Shown here: piece after piece, positions 19,301 through 27,612 of the stretch
How positions within the stretch are numbered: the first letter of the stretch is position 1
How the letters are laid out: every line of letters starts with the position of its first letter
Assembly: GCA_002269645.1 (NCBI GenBank)
Contig: NIVC01005056.1
Location: 1-27,612 of the forward strand
Direction of reading: 5' to 3'
From: Macrostomum lignano
Lineage: Eukaryota
Length of the DNA stretch: 27,612 bases
Notes under the pieces: generated by a model
Told to the model about the DNA's origin: nothing
Databases searched by the model: none
The model's input: the letters and a program-made list of their open reading frames with translations, nothing else
Program-made: the position numbers and the translations under genes

Positions 19301-21366
19301 CAACAGCCGGTCCCGAGGCTACTACTGAGACTGCACCGCCGCCGACGGAGAGCAGCAGTACTACTGGCACCACCGACGAGGCAGTGACGCCGTCGGAGGA
19401 GTCGACTTTGACAACAGAGCCGTCGACTGCGGACTCTTCGTCGGCTACTATTAGCTCCTCGGCTTCACCGGAAGCGAGCACAGAAGCCAGCACAGAAGAG
19501 AGGACAACAGCCGGTCCCGAGGCTACTACTGAGACTGCACCGCCGCCGACGGAGAGCAGCAGTACTACTGGCACCACCGACGAGGCAGTGACGCCGTCGG
19601 AGGAGTCGACTTTGACAACAGAGCCGTCGACTGCGGACTCTTCGTCGGCTACTATTAGCTCCTCGGCTTCACCGGAAGCGAGCACAGAAGCCAGCACAGA
19701 AGAGAGGACAACAGCCGGTCCCGAGGCTACTACTGAGACTGCACCGCCGCCGACGGAGAGCAGCAGTACTACTGGCACCACCGACGAGGCAGTGACGCCG
19801 TCGGAGGAGTCGACTTTGACAACAGAGCCGTCGACTGCGGACTCTTCGTCGGCTACTATTAGCTCCTCGGCTTCACCGGAAGCGAGCACAGAAGCCAGCA
19901 CAGAAGAGAGGACAACAGCCGGTCCCGAGGCTACTACTGAGACTGCACCGCCGCCGACGGAGAGCAGCAGTACTACTGGCACCACCGACGAGGCAGTGAC
20001 GCCGTCGGAGGAGTCGACTTTGACAACAGAGCCGTCGACTGCGGACTCTTCGTCGGCTACTATTAGCTCCTCGGCTTCACCGGAAGCGAGCACAGAAGCC
20101 AGCACAGAAGAGAGGACAACAGCCGGTCCCGAGGCTACTACTGAGACTGCACCGCCGCCGACGGAGAGCAGCAGTACTACTGGCACCACCGACGAGGCAG
20201 TGACGCCGTCGGAGGAGTCGACTTTGACAACAGAGCCGTCGACTGCGGACTCTTCGTCGGCTACTATTAGCTCCTCGGCTTCACCGGAAGCGAGCACAGA
20301 AGCCAGCACAGAAGAGAGGACAACAGCCGGTCCCGAGGCTACTACTGAGACTGCACCGCCGCCGACGGAGAGCAGCAGTACTACTGGCACCACCGACGAG
20401 GCAGTGACGCCGTCGGAGGAGTCGACTTTGACAACAGAGCCGTCGACTGCGGACTCTTCGTCGGCTACTATTAGCTCCTCGGCTTCACCGGAAGCGAGCA
20501 CAGAAGCCAGCACAGAAGAGAGGACAACAGCCGGTCCCGAGGCTACTACTGAGACTGCACCGCCGCCGACGGAGAGCAGCAGTACTACTGGCACCACCGA
20601 CGAGGCAGTGACGCCGTCGGAGGAGTCGACTTTGACAACAGAGCCGTCGACTGCGGACTCTTCGTCGGCTACTATTAGCTCCTCGGCTTCACCGGAAGCG
20701 AGCACAGAAGCCAGCACAGAAGAGAGGACAACAGCCGGTCCCGAGGCTACTACTGAGACTGCACCGCCGCCGACGGAGAGCAGCAGTACTACTGGCACCA
20801 CCGACGAGGCAGTGACGCCGTCGGAGGAGTCGACTTTGACAACAGAGCCGTCGACTGCGGACTCTTCGTCGGCTACTATTAGCTCCTCGGCTTCACCGGA
20901 AGCGAGCACAGAAGCCAGCACAGAAGAGAGGACAACAGCCGGTCCCGAGGCTACTACTGAGACTGCACCGCCGCCGACGGAGAGCAGCAGTACTACTGGC
21001 ACCACCGACGAGGCAGTGACGCCGTCGGAGGAGTCGACTTTGACAACAGAGCCGTCGACTGCGGACTCTTCGTCGGCTACTATTAGCTCCTCGGCTTCAC
21101 CGGAAGCGAGCACAGAAGCCAGCACAGAAGAGAGGACAACAGCCGGTCCCGAGGCTACTACTGAGACTGCACCGCCGCCGACGGAGAGCAGCAGTACTAC
21201 TGGCACCACCGACGAGGCAGTGACGCCGTCGGAGGAGTCGACTTTGACAACAGAGCCGTCGACTGCGGACTCTTCGTCGGCTACTATTAGCTCCTCGGCT
21301 TCACCGGAAGCGAGCACAGAAGCCAGCAGAAGAGAGGACAACAGCCGGTCCCGAGGCTACTACTGA
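7354..21366 (+). CDS. Giant secreted or membrane-anchored mucin-like (PTS/Glu-rich) protein; intact ORF portion (4670 aa)
   Basis: ATG at 7354 with hydrophobic N-terminus MKTYSAAVLLGLALLIATVAFL. A K/N/T-rich linker with four N-x-S/T sequons runs in frame into the 68-aa repeats at 7705. The unit has 15 S, 18 T, 11 E, 9 A, 7 P and no Cys or aromatic residues, and uses mixed synonymous Ser/Thr codons. The stop at 21364-21366 follows a 2-nt deletion and is probably not the true end. Confidence 0.75.
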   Translation: MKTYSAAVLLGLALLIATVAFLQYNRQNQRSNKTNNYLAQAAQTTNKKSTIYNNFMQHPTSTLKNVNRNDTVSTTKKKHYIQSNATKVKNKSKHRVKTDIKNRYSPTVHNQILAKNSAPPPTESSSTTGTTDEAVTPSEESTLTTEPSTADSSSATISSSASPEASTEASTEERTTAGPEATTETAPPPTESSSTTGTTDEAVTPSEESTLTTEPSTADSSSATISSSASPEASTEASTEERTTAGPEATTETAPPPTESSSTTGTTDEAVTPSEESTLTTEPSTADSSSATISSSASPEASTEASTEERTTAGPEATTETAPPPTESSSTTGTTDEAVTPSEESTLTTEPSTADSSSATISSSASPEASTEASTEERTTAGPEATTETAPPPTESSSTTGTTDEAVTPSEESTLTTEPSTADSSSATISSSASPEASTEASTEERTTAGPEATTETAPPPTESSSTTGTTDEAVTPSEESTLTTEPSTADSSSATISSSASPEASTEASTEERTTAGPEATTETAPPPTESSSTTGTTDEAVTPSEESTLTTEPSTADSSSATISSSASPEASTEASTEERTTAGPEATTETAPPPTESSSTTGTTDEAVTPSEESTLTTEPSTADSSSATISSSASPEASTEASTEERTTAGPEATTETAPPPTESSSTTGTTDEAVTPSEESTLTTEPSTADSSSATISSSASPEASTEASTEERTTAGPEATTETAPPPTESSSTTGTTDEAVTPSEESTLTTEPSTADSSSATISSSASPEASTEASTEERTTAGPEATTETAPPPTESSSTTGTTDEAVTPSEESTLTTEPSTADSSSATISSSASPEASTEASTEERTTAGPEATTETAPPPTESSSTTGTTDEAVTPSEESTLTTEPSTADSSSATISSSASPEASTEASTEERTTAGPEATTETAPPPTESSSTTGTTDEAVTPSEESTLTTEPSTADSSSATISSSASPEASTEASTEERTTAGPEATTETAPPPTESSSTTGTTDEAVTPSEESTLTTEPSTADSSSATISSSASPEASTEASTEERTTAGPEATTETAPPPTESSSTTGTTDEAVTPSEESTLTTEPSTADSSSATISSSASPEASTEASTEERTTAGPEATTETAPPPTESSSTTGTTDEAVTPSEESTLTTEPSTADSSSATISSSASPEASTEASTEERTTAGPEATTETAPPPTESSSTTGTTDEAVTPSEESTLTTEPSTADSSSATISSSASPEASTEASTEERTTAGPEATTETAPPPTESSSTTGTTDEAVTPSEESTLTTEPSTADSSSATISSSASPEASTEASTEERTTAGPEATTETAPPPTESSSTTGTTDEAVTPSEESTLTTEPSTADSSSATISSSASPEASTEASTEERTTAGPEATTETAPPPTESSSTTGTTDEAVTPSEESTLTTEPSTADSSSATISSSASPEASTEASTEERTTAGPEATTETAPPPTESSSTTGTTDEAVTPSEESTLTTEPSTADSSSATISSSASPEASTEASTEERTTAGPEATTETAPPPTESSSTTGTTDEAVTPSEESTLTTEPSTADSSSATISSSASPEASTEASTEERTTAGPEATTETAPPPTESSSTTGTTDEAVTPSEESTLTTEPSTADSSSATISSSASPEASTEASTEERTTAGPEATTETAPPPTESSSTTGTTDEAVTPSEESTLTTEPSTADSSSATISSSASPEASTEASTEERTTAGPEATTETAPPPTESSSTTGTTDEAVTPSEESTLTTEPSTADSSSATISSSASPEASTEASTEERTTAGPEATTETAPPPTESSSTTGTTDEAVTPSEESTLTTEPSTADSSSATISSSASPEASTEASTEERTTAGPEATTETAPPPTESSSTTGTTDEAVTPSEESTLTTEPSTADSSSATISSSASPEASTEASTEERTTAGPEATTETAPPPTESSSTTGTTDEAVTPSEESTLTTEPSTADSSSATISSSASPEASTEASTEERTTAGPEATTETAPPPTESSSTTGTTDEAVTPSEESTLTTEPSTADSSSATISSSASPEASTEASTEERTTAGPEATTETAPPPTESSSTTGTTDEAVTPSEESTLTTEPSTADSSSATISSSASPEASTEASTEERTTAGPEATTETAPPPTESSSTTGTTDEAVTPSEESTLTTEPSTADSSSATISSSASPEASTEASTEERTTAGPEATTETAPPPTESSSTTGTTDEAVTPSEESTLTTEPSTADSSSATISSSASPEASTEASTEERTTAGPEATTETAPPPTESSSTTGTTDEAVTPSEESTLTTEPSTADSSSATISSSASPEASTEASTEERTTAGPEATTETAPPPTESSSTTGTTDEAVTPSEESTLTTEPSTADSSSATISSSASPEASTEASTEERTTAGPEATTETAPPPTESSSTTGTTDEAVTPSEESTLTTEPSTADSSSATISSSASPEASTEASTEERTTAGPEATTETAPPPTESSSTTGTTDEAVTPSEESTLTTEPSTADSSSATISSSASPEASTEASTEERTTAGPEATTETAPPPTESSSTTGTTDEAVTPSEESTLTTEPSTADSSSATISSSASPEASTEASTEERTTAGPEATTETAPPPTESSSTTGTTDEAVTPSEESTLTTEPSTADSSSATISSSASPEASTEASTEERTTAGPEATTETAPPPTESSSTTGTTDEAVTPSEESTLTTEPSTADSSSATISSSASPEASTEASTEERTTAGPEATTETAPPPTESSSTTGTTDEAVTPSEESTLTTEPSTADSSSATISSSASPEASTEASTEERTTAGPEATTETAPPPTESSSTTGTTDEAVTPSEESTLTTEPSTADSSSATISSSASPEASTEASTEERTTAGPEATTETAPPPTESSSTTGTTDEAVTPSEESTLTTEPSTADSSSATISSSASPEASTEASTEERTTAGPEATTETAPPPTESSSTTGTTDEAVTPSEESTLTTEPSTADSSSATISSSASPEASTEASTEERTTAGPEATTETAPPPTESSSTTGTTDEAVTPSEESTLTTEPSTADSSSATISSSASPEASTEASTEERTTAGPEATTETAPPPTESSSTTGTTDEAVTPSEESTLTTEPSTADSSSATISSSASPEASTEASTEERTTAGPEATTETAPPPTESSSTTGTTDEAVTPSEESTLTTEPSTADSSSATISSSASPEASTEASTEERTTAGPEATTETAPPPTESSSTTGTTDEAVTPSEESTLTTEPSTADSSSATISSSASPEASTEASTEERTTAGPEATTETAPPPTESSSTTGTTDEAVTPSEESTLTTEPSTADSSSATISSSASPEASTEASTEERTTAGPEATTETAPPPTESSSTTGTTDEAVTPSEESTLTTEPSTADSSSATISSSASPEASTEASTEERTTAGPEATTETAPPPTESSSTTGTTDEAVTPSEESTLTTEPSTADSSSATISSSASPEASTEASTEERTTAGPEATTETAPPPTESSSTTGTTDEAVTPSEESTLTTEPSTADSSSATISSSASPEASTEASTEERTTAGPEATTETAPPPTESSSTTGTTDEAVTPSEESTLTTEPSTADSSSATISSSASPEASTEASTEERTTAGPEATTETAPPPTESSSTTGTTDEAVTPSEESTLTTEPSTADSSSATISSSASPEASTEASTEERTTAGPEATTETAPPPTESSSTTGTTDEAVTPSEESTLTTEPSTADSSSATISSSASPEASTEASTEERTTAGPEATTETAPPPTESSSTTGTTDEAVTPSEESTLTTEPSTADSSSATISSSASPEASTEASTEERTTAGPEATTETAPPPTESSSTTGTTDEAVTPSEESTLTTEPSTADSSSATISSSASPEASTEASTEERTTAGPEATTETAPPPTESSSTTGTTDEAVTPSEESTLTTEPSTADSSSATISSSASPEASTEASTEERTTAGPEATTETAPPPTESSSTTGTTDEAVTPSEESTLTTEPSTADSSSATISSSASPEASTEASTEERTTAGPEATTETAPPPTESSSTTGTTDEAVTPSEESTLTTEPSTADSSSATISSSASPEASTEASTEERTTAGPEATTETAPPPTESSSTTGTTDEAVTPSEESTLTTEPSTADSSSATISSSASPEASTEASTEERTTAGPEATTETAPPPTESSSTTGTTDEAVTPSEESTLTTEPSTADSSSATISSSASPEASTEASTEERTTAGPEATTETAPPPTESSSTTGTTDEAVTPSEESTLTTEPSTADSSSATISSSASPEASTEASTEERTTAGPEATTETAPPPTESSSTTGTTDEAVTPSEESTLTTEPSTADSSSATISSSASPEASTEASTEERTTAGPEATTETAPPPTESSSTTGTTDEAVTPSEESTLTTEPSTADSSSATISSSASPEASTEASTEERTTAGPEATTETAPPPTESSSTTGTTDEAVTPSEESTLTTEPSTADSSSATISSSASPEASTEASTEERTTAGPEATTETAPPPTESSSTTGTTDEAVTPSEESTLTTEPSTADSSSATISSSASPEASTEASTEERTTAGPEATTETAPPPTESSSTTGTTDEAVTPSEESTLTTEPSTADSSSATISSSASPEASTEASRREDNSRSRGYY

Positions 21367-24300
21367 GACTGCACCGCCGCCGACGGAGAGCAGCAGTACT
21401 ACTGGCACCACCGACGAGGCAGTGACGCCGTCGGAGGAGTCGACTTTGACAACAGAGCCGTCGACTGCGGACTCTTCGTCGGCTACTATTAGCTCCTCGG
21501 CTTCACCGGAAGCGAGCACAGAAGCCAGCACAGAAGAGAGGACAACAGCCGGTCCCGAGGCTACTACTGAGACTGCACCGCCGCCGACGGAGAGCAGCAG
21601 TACTACTGGCACCACCGACGAGGCAGTGACGCCGTCGGAGGAGTCGACTTTGACAACAGAGCCGTCGACTGCGGACTCTTCGTCGGCTACTATTAGCTCC
21701 TCGGCTTCACCGGAAGCGAGCACAGAAGCCAGCACAGAAGAGAGGACAACAGCCGGTCCCGAGGCTACTACTGAGACTGCACCGCCGCCGACGGAGAGCA
21801 GCAGTACTACTGGCACCACCGACGAGGCAGTGACGCCGTCGGAGGAGTCGACTTTGACAACAGAGCCGTCGACTGCGGACTCTTCGTCGGCTACTATTAG
21901 CTCCTCGGCTTCACCGGAAGCGAGCACAGAAGCCAGCACAGAAGAGAGGACAACAGCCGGTCCCGAGGCTACTACTGAGACTGCACCGCCGCCGACGGAG
22001 AGCAGCAGTACTACTGGCACCACCGACGAGGCAGTGACGCCGTCGGAGGAGTCGACTTTGACAACAGAGCCGTCGACTGCGGACTCTTCGTCGGCTACTA
22101 TTAGCTCCTCGGCTTCACCGGAAGCGAGCACAGAAGCCAGCACAGAAGAGAGGACAACAGCCGGTCCCGAGGCTACTACTGAGACTGCACCGCCGCCGAC
22201 GGAGAGCAGCAGTACTACTGGCACCACCGACGAGGCAGTGACGCCGTCGGAGGAGTCGACTTTGACAACAGAGCCGTCGACTGCGGACTCTTCGTCGGCT
22301 ACTATTAGCTCCTCGGCTTCACCGGAAGCGAGCACAGAAGCCAGCACAGAAGAGAGGACAACAGCCGGTCCCGAGGCTACTACTGAGACTGCACCGCCGC
22401 CGACGGAGAGCAGCAGTACTACTGGCACCACCGACGAGGCAGTGACGCCGTCGGAGGAGTCGACTTTGACAACAGAGCCGTCGACTGCGGACTCTTCGTC
22501 GGCTACTATTAGCTCCTCGGCTTCACCGGAAGCGAGCACAGAAGCCAGCACAGAAGAGAGGACAACAGCCGGTCCCGAGGCTACTACTGAGACTGCACCG
22601 CCGCCGACGGAGAGCAGCAGTACTACTGGCACCACCGACGAGGCAGTGACGCCGTCGGAGGAGTCGACTTTGACAACAGAGCCGTCGACTGCGGACTCTT
22701 CGTCGGCTACTATTAGCTCCTCGGCTTCACCGGAAGCGAGCACAGAAGCCAGCACAGAACAACAGCCGGTCCCGAGGCTACTACTGAGACTGCACCGCCG
22801 CCGACGGAGAGCAGCAGTACTACTGGCACCACCGACGAGGCAGTGACGCCGTCGGAGGAGTCGACTTTGACAACAGAGCCGTCGACTGCGGACTCTTCGT
22901 CGGCTACTATTAGCTCCTCGGCTTCACCGGAAGCGAGCACAGAAGCCAGCACAGAAGAGAGGACAACAGCCGGTCCCGAGGCTACTACTGAGACTGCACC
23001 GCCGCCGACGGAGAGCAGCAGTACTACTGGCACCACCGACGAGGCAGTGACGCCGTCGGAGGAGTCGACTTTGACAACAGAGCCGTCGACTGCGGACTCT
23101 TCGTCGGCTACTATTAGCTCCTCGGCTTCACCGGAAGCGAGCACAGAAGCCAGCACAGAAGAGAGGACAACAGCCGGTCCCGAGGCTACTACTGAGACTG
23201 CACCGCCGCCGACGGAGAGCAGCAGTACTACTGGCACCACCGACGAGGCAGTGACGCCGTCGGAGGAGTCGACTTTGACAACAGAGCCGTCGACTGCGGA
23301 CTCTTCGTCGGCTACTATTAGCTCCTCGGCTTCACCGGAAGCGAGCACAGAAGCCAGCACAGAAGAGAGGACAACAGCCGGTCCCGAGGCTACTACTGAG
23401 ACTGCACCGCCGCCGACGGAGAGCAGCAGTACTACTGGCACCACCGACGAGGCAGTGACGCCGTCGGAGGAGTCGACTTTGACAACAGAGCCGTCGACTG
23501 CGGACTCTTCGTCGGCTACTATTAGCTCCTCGGCTTCACCGGAAGCGAGCACAGAAGAGCACAGAAGACAACAGCCGGTCCCGAGGCTACTACTGAGACT
23601 GCACCGCCGCCGACGGAGAGCAGCAGTACTACTGGCACCACCGACGAGGCAGTGACGCCGTCGGAGGAGTCGACTTTGACAACAGAGCCGTCGACTGCGG
23701 ACTCTTCGTCGGCTACTATTAGCTCCTCGGCTTCACCGGAAGCGAGCACAGAAGCCAGCACAGAAGAGAGGACAACAGCCGGTCCCGAGGCTACTACTGA
23801 GACTGCACCGCCGCCGACGGAGAGCAGCAGTACTACTGGCACCACCGACGAGGCAGTGACGCCGTCGGAGGAGTCGACTTTGACAACAGAGCCGTCGACT
23901 GCGGACTCTTCGTCGGCTACTATTAGCTCCTCGGCTTCACCGGAAGCGAGCACAGAAGCCAGCACAGAAGAGAGGACAACAGCCGGTCCCGAGGCTACTA
24001 CTGAGACTGCACCGCCGCCGACGGAGAGCAGCAGTACTACTGGCACCACCGACGAGGCAGTGACGCCGTCGGAGGAGTCGACTTTGACAACAGAGCCGTC
24101 GACTGCGGACTCTTCGTCGGCTACTATTAGCTCCTCGGCTTCACCGGAAGCGAGCACAGAAGCCAGCACAGAAGAGAGGACAACAGCCGGTCCCGAGGCT
24201 ACTACTGAGACTGCACCGCCGCCGACGGAGAGCAGCAGTACTACTGGCACCACCGACGAGGCAGTGACGCCGTCGGAGGAGTCGACTTTGACAACAGAGC

Positions 24301-27300
24301 CGTCGACTGCGGACTCTTCGTCGGCTACTATTAGCTCCTCGGCTTCACCGGAAGCGAGCACAGAAGCCAGCACAGAAGAGAGGACAACAGCCGGTCCCGA
24401 GGCTACTACTGAGACTGCACCGCCGCCGACGGAGAGCAGCAGTACTACTGGCACCACCGACGAGGCAGTGACGCCGTCGGAGGAGTCGACTTTGACAACA
24501 GAGCCGTCGACTGCGGACTCTTCGTCGGCTACTATTAGCTCCTCGGCTTCACCGGAAGCGAGCACAGAAGCCAGCACAGAAGAGAGGACAACAGCCGGTC
24601 CCGAGGCTACTACTGAGACTGCACCGCCGCCGACGGAGAGCAGCAGTACTACTGGCACCACCGACGAGGCAGTGACGCCGTCGGAGGAGTCGACTTTGAC
24701 AACAGAGCCGTCGACTGCGGACTCTTCGTCGGCTACTATTAGCTCCTCGGCTTCACCGGAAGCGAGCACAGAAGCCAGCACAGAAGAGAGCACAACAGCC
24801 GGTCCCGAGGCTACTACTGAGACTGCACCGCCGCCGACGGAGAGCAGCAGTACTACTGGCACCACCGACGAGGCAGTGACGCCGTCGGAGGAGTCGACTT
24901 TGACAACAGAGCCGTCGACTGCGGACTCTTCGTCGGCTACTATTAGCTCCTCGGCTTCACCGGAAGCGAGCACAGAAGAGAGACAACAGCCGGTCCCGAG
25001 GCTACTACTGAGACTGCACCGCCGCCGACGGAGAGCAGCAGTACTACTGGCACCACCGACGAGGCAGTGACGCCGTCGGAGGAGTCGACTTTGACAACAG
25101 AGCCGTCGACTGCGGACTCTTCGTCGGCTACTATTAGCTCCTCGGCTTCACCGGAAGCGAGCACAGAAGAGAGAGACAACAGCCGGTCCCGAGGCTACTA
25201 CTGAGACTGCACCGCCGCCGACGGAGAGCAGCAGTACTACTGGCACCACCGACGAGGCAGTGACGCCGTCGGAGGAGTCGACTTTGACAACAGAGCCGTC
25301 GACTGCGGACTCTTCGTCGGCTACTATTAGCTCCTCGGCTTCACCGGAAGCGAGCACAGAAGAAGAGAGGACAACAGCCGGTCCCGAGGCTACTACTGAG
25401 ACTGCACCGCCGCCGACGGAGAGCAGCAGTACTACTGGCACCACCGACGAGGCAGTGACGCCGTCGGAGGAGTCGACTTTGACAACAGAGCCGTCGACTG
25501 CGGACTCTTCGTCGGCTACTATTAGCTCCTCGGCTTCACCGGAAGAGCACAGAAGCCAGCACAGAAGAGAGGACAACAGCCGGTCCCGAGGCTACTACTG
25601 AGACTGCACCGCCGCCGACGGAGAGCAGCAGTACTACTGGCACCACCGACGAGGCAGTGACGCCGTCGGAGGAGTCGACTTTGACAACAGAGCCGTCGAC
25701 TGCGGACTCTTCGTCGGCTACTATTAGCTCCTCGGCTTCACCGGAAGCGAGCACAGAAGAGACACAACAGCCGGTCCCGAGGCTACTACTGAGACTGCAC
25801 CGCCGCCGACGGAGAGCAGCAGTACTACTGGCACCACCGACGAGGCAGTGACGCCGTCGGAGGAGTCGACTTTGACAACAGAGCCGTCGACTGCGGACTC
25901 TTCGTCGGCTACTATTAGCTCCTCGGCTTCACCGGAAGCGAGCACAGAAGAGAGGACAACAGCCGGTCCCGAGGCTACTACTGAGACTGCACCGCCGCCG
26001 ACGGAGAGCAGCAGTACTACTGGCACCACCGACGAGGCAGTGACGCCGTCGGAGGAGTCGACTTTGACAACAGAGCCGTCGACTGCGGACTCTTCGTCGG
26101 CTACTATTAGCTCCTCGGCTTCACCGGAAGCGAAGCAACAGAAGAGAGCACAACAGCCGGTCCGAGGCTACTACTGAGACTGCACCGCCGCCGACGGAGA
26201 GCAGCAGTACTACTGGCACCACCGACGAGGCAGTGACGCCGTCGGAGGAGTCGACTTTGACAACAGAGCCGTCGACTGCGGACTCTTCGTCGGCTACTAT
26301 TAGCTCCTCGGCTTCACCGGAAGCGAGCACAGAAGCCAGCACAGAAGAGACAACAGCCGGTCCGAGGCTACTACTGAGACTGCACCGCCGCCGACGGAGA
26401 GCAGCAGTACTACTGCACCACCGACGAGCAGTGACGCCGTCGAGGAGTCGACTTTGACAACAGAGCCGTCGACTGCGGACTCTTCGTCGCTACTATTAGC
26501 TCCTCGGCTTCACCGGAAGCGAGCACAGAAAGAGCACAACAGCCGTCCCGAGGCTACTACTGAGACTGCACCGCCGCCGACGGAGAGAGCAGTACTACTG
26601 GCACCACCGACGAGGCAGTGACGCCGTCGAGGAGTCGACTTTGACAACAGAGCCGTCGACTGCGGACTCTTCGTCGGCTACTATTAGCTCCTCGGCTTCA
26701 CCGAAGCGAGCACAGAAGAGAGGACAACAGCCGGTCCCGAGGCTACTACTGAGACTGCACCGCCGCCGACGGAGAGCAGCAGTACTACTGGCACCACCGA
26801 CGAGGCAGTGACGCCGTCGGAGGAGTCGACTTTGACAACAGAGCCGTCGACTGCGGACTCTTCGTCGGCTACTATTAGCTCCTCGGCTTCACCGGAAGCG
26901 AGCACAGAAAGAGAGCACAACAGCCGGTCCGAGGCTACTACTGAGACTGCACCGCCGCCGACGGAGAGCAGCAGTACTACTGGCACCACCGACGAGGCAG
27001 TGACGCCGTCGGAGGAGTCGACTTTGACAACAGAGCCGTCGACTGCGGACTCTTCGTCGGCTACTATTAGCTCCTCGGCTTCACCGGAACGAGCACAGAA
27101 GCCAGCACAGAAGAGAGGACAACAGCCGGTCCCGAGGCTACTACTGAGACTGCACCGCCGCCGACGGAGAGCAGCAGTACTACTGCACACCGACGAGGCA
27201 GTGACGCCGTCGGAGGAGTCGACTTTGACAACAGAGCCGTCGACTGCGGACTCTTCGTCGGCTACTATTAGCTCCTCGGCTTCACCGGAAGCGAGCACAG

Positions 27301-27612
27301 AAAGAGCACAAACAGCCGTCCCGAGGCTACTACTGAGACTGCACCGCCGCCGACGGAGAGCAGCAGTACTACTGGCACCACCGACGAGGCAGTGACGCGT
27401 CGGAGGAGTCGACTTTGACAACAGAGCCGTCGACTGCGGACTCTTCGTCGGCTACTATTAGCTCCTCGGCTTCACCGGAAGCGAGCACAGAAAGAGCACA
27501 ACAGCCGGTCCCGAGGCTACTACTGAGACTGCACCGCCGCCGACGGAGAGCAGCAGACTACTGGCACCACCGACGAGCAGTGACGCCGTCGGAGGAGTCG
27601 ACTTTGACAACA
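7703..27612 (+). repeat. 204-bp coding macrosatellite/VNTR, about 98 copies (APPPTESSSTTGTTDEAVTPSEESTLTTEPSTADSSSATISSSASPEASTEASTEERTTAGPEATTET)
   Basis: Line content recurs every 1020 nt (5 x 204). About 66 copies up to 21328 show no difference I could find by reading. The array runs off the window end. Confidence 0.99.
21328..27612 (+). other. Frameshift-interrupted continuation of the mucin repeat domain (likely consensus errors; C-terminus not in window)
   Basis: The same unit continues with indels at about 21328 (-2), 22759 (-7), 23557/23568, 24978, 25175, 25340, 25546, 25760, 25945 (-12, in frame) and 26135. Scattered 1-nt deletions follow after about 26400. Confidence 0.7.

Noticed and set aside
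7590-21341. 4583-aa antisense ORF (Val/Ser/Ala-rich, hydrophobic) and its downstream fragments
   Set aside because: This is the typical stop-free mirror frame of a Thr/Ser-rich repeat. Its start exists only at a lesion, and it has no leader or independent support.
21422-27395. Separate small ORFs starting MTPSEES in the ORF track
   Set aside because: They are GTG-initiated fragments of the same repeat frame split by indels, not independent genes.

Overview
This is eukaryotic (probably invertebrate animal) genomic DNA, about 84% tandem repeat, and may be a whole long-read contig because both ends carry single-base deletions. The first 4.1 kb hold a 4-exon TADA2B/Ada2b-like gene (SAGA/Gcn5 adaptor) on the + strand. 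It has a ZZ finger, a SANT domain and the ADA boxes, but no recognisable SWIRM domain. Each of its three introns is filled by a different minisatellite (30, 25 and 21 bp units). Two more minisatellites (about 24 and 42 bp) lie downstream. From 7354 to the window end is a giant, apparently intronless mucin-like gene on the + strand. It encodes a signal-peptide-like N-terminus, a basic linker, and about 98 copies of a 204-bp/68-aa Ser/Thr/Glu-rich unit. About 66 copies are identical; later copies are damaged almost only at one internal 12-bp duplication. No rRNA, tRNA, CRISPR array or identifiable transposon was found. Most long ORFs in the supplied track are repeat artefacts. Family assignments rest on recalled sequences, not database searches.
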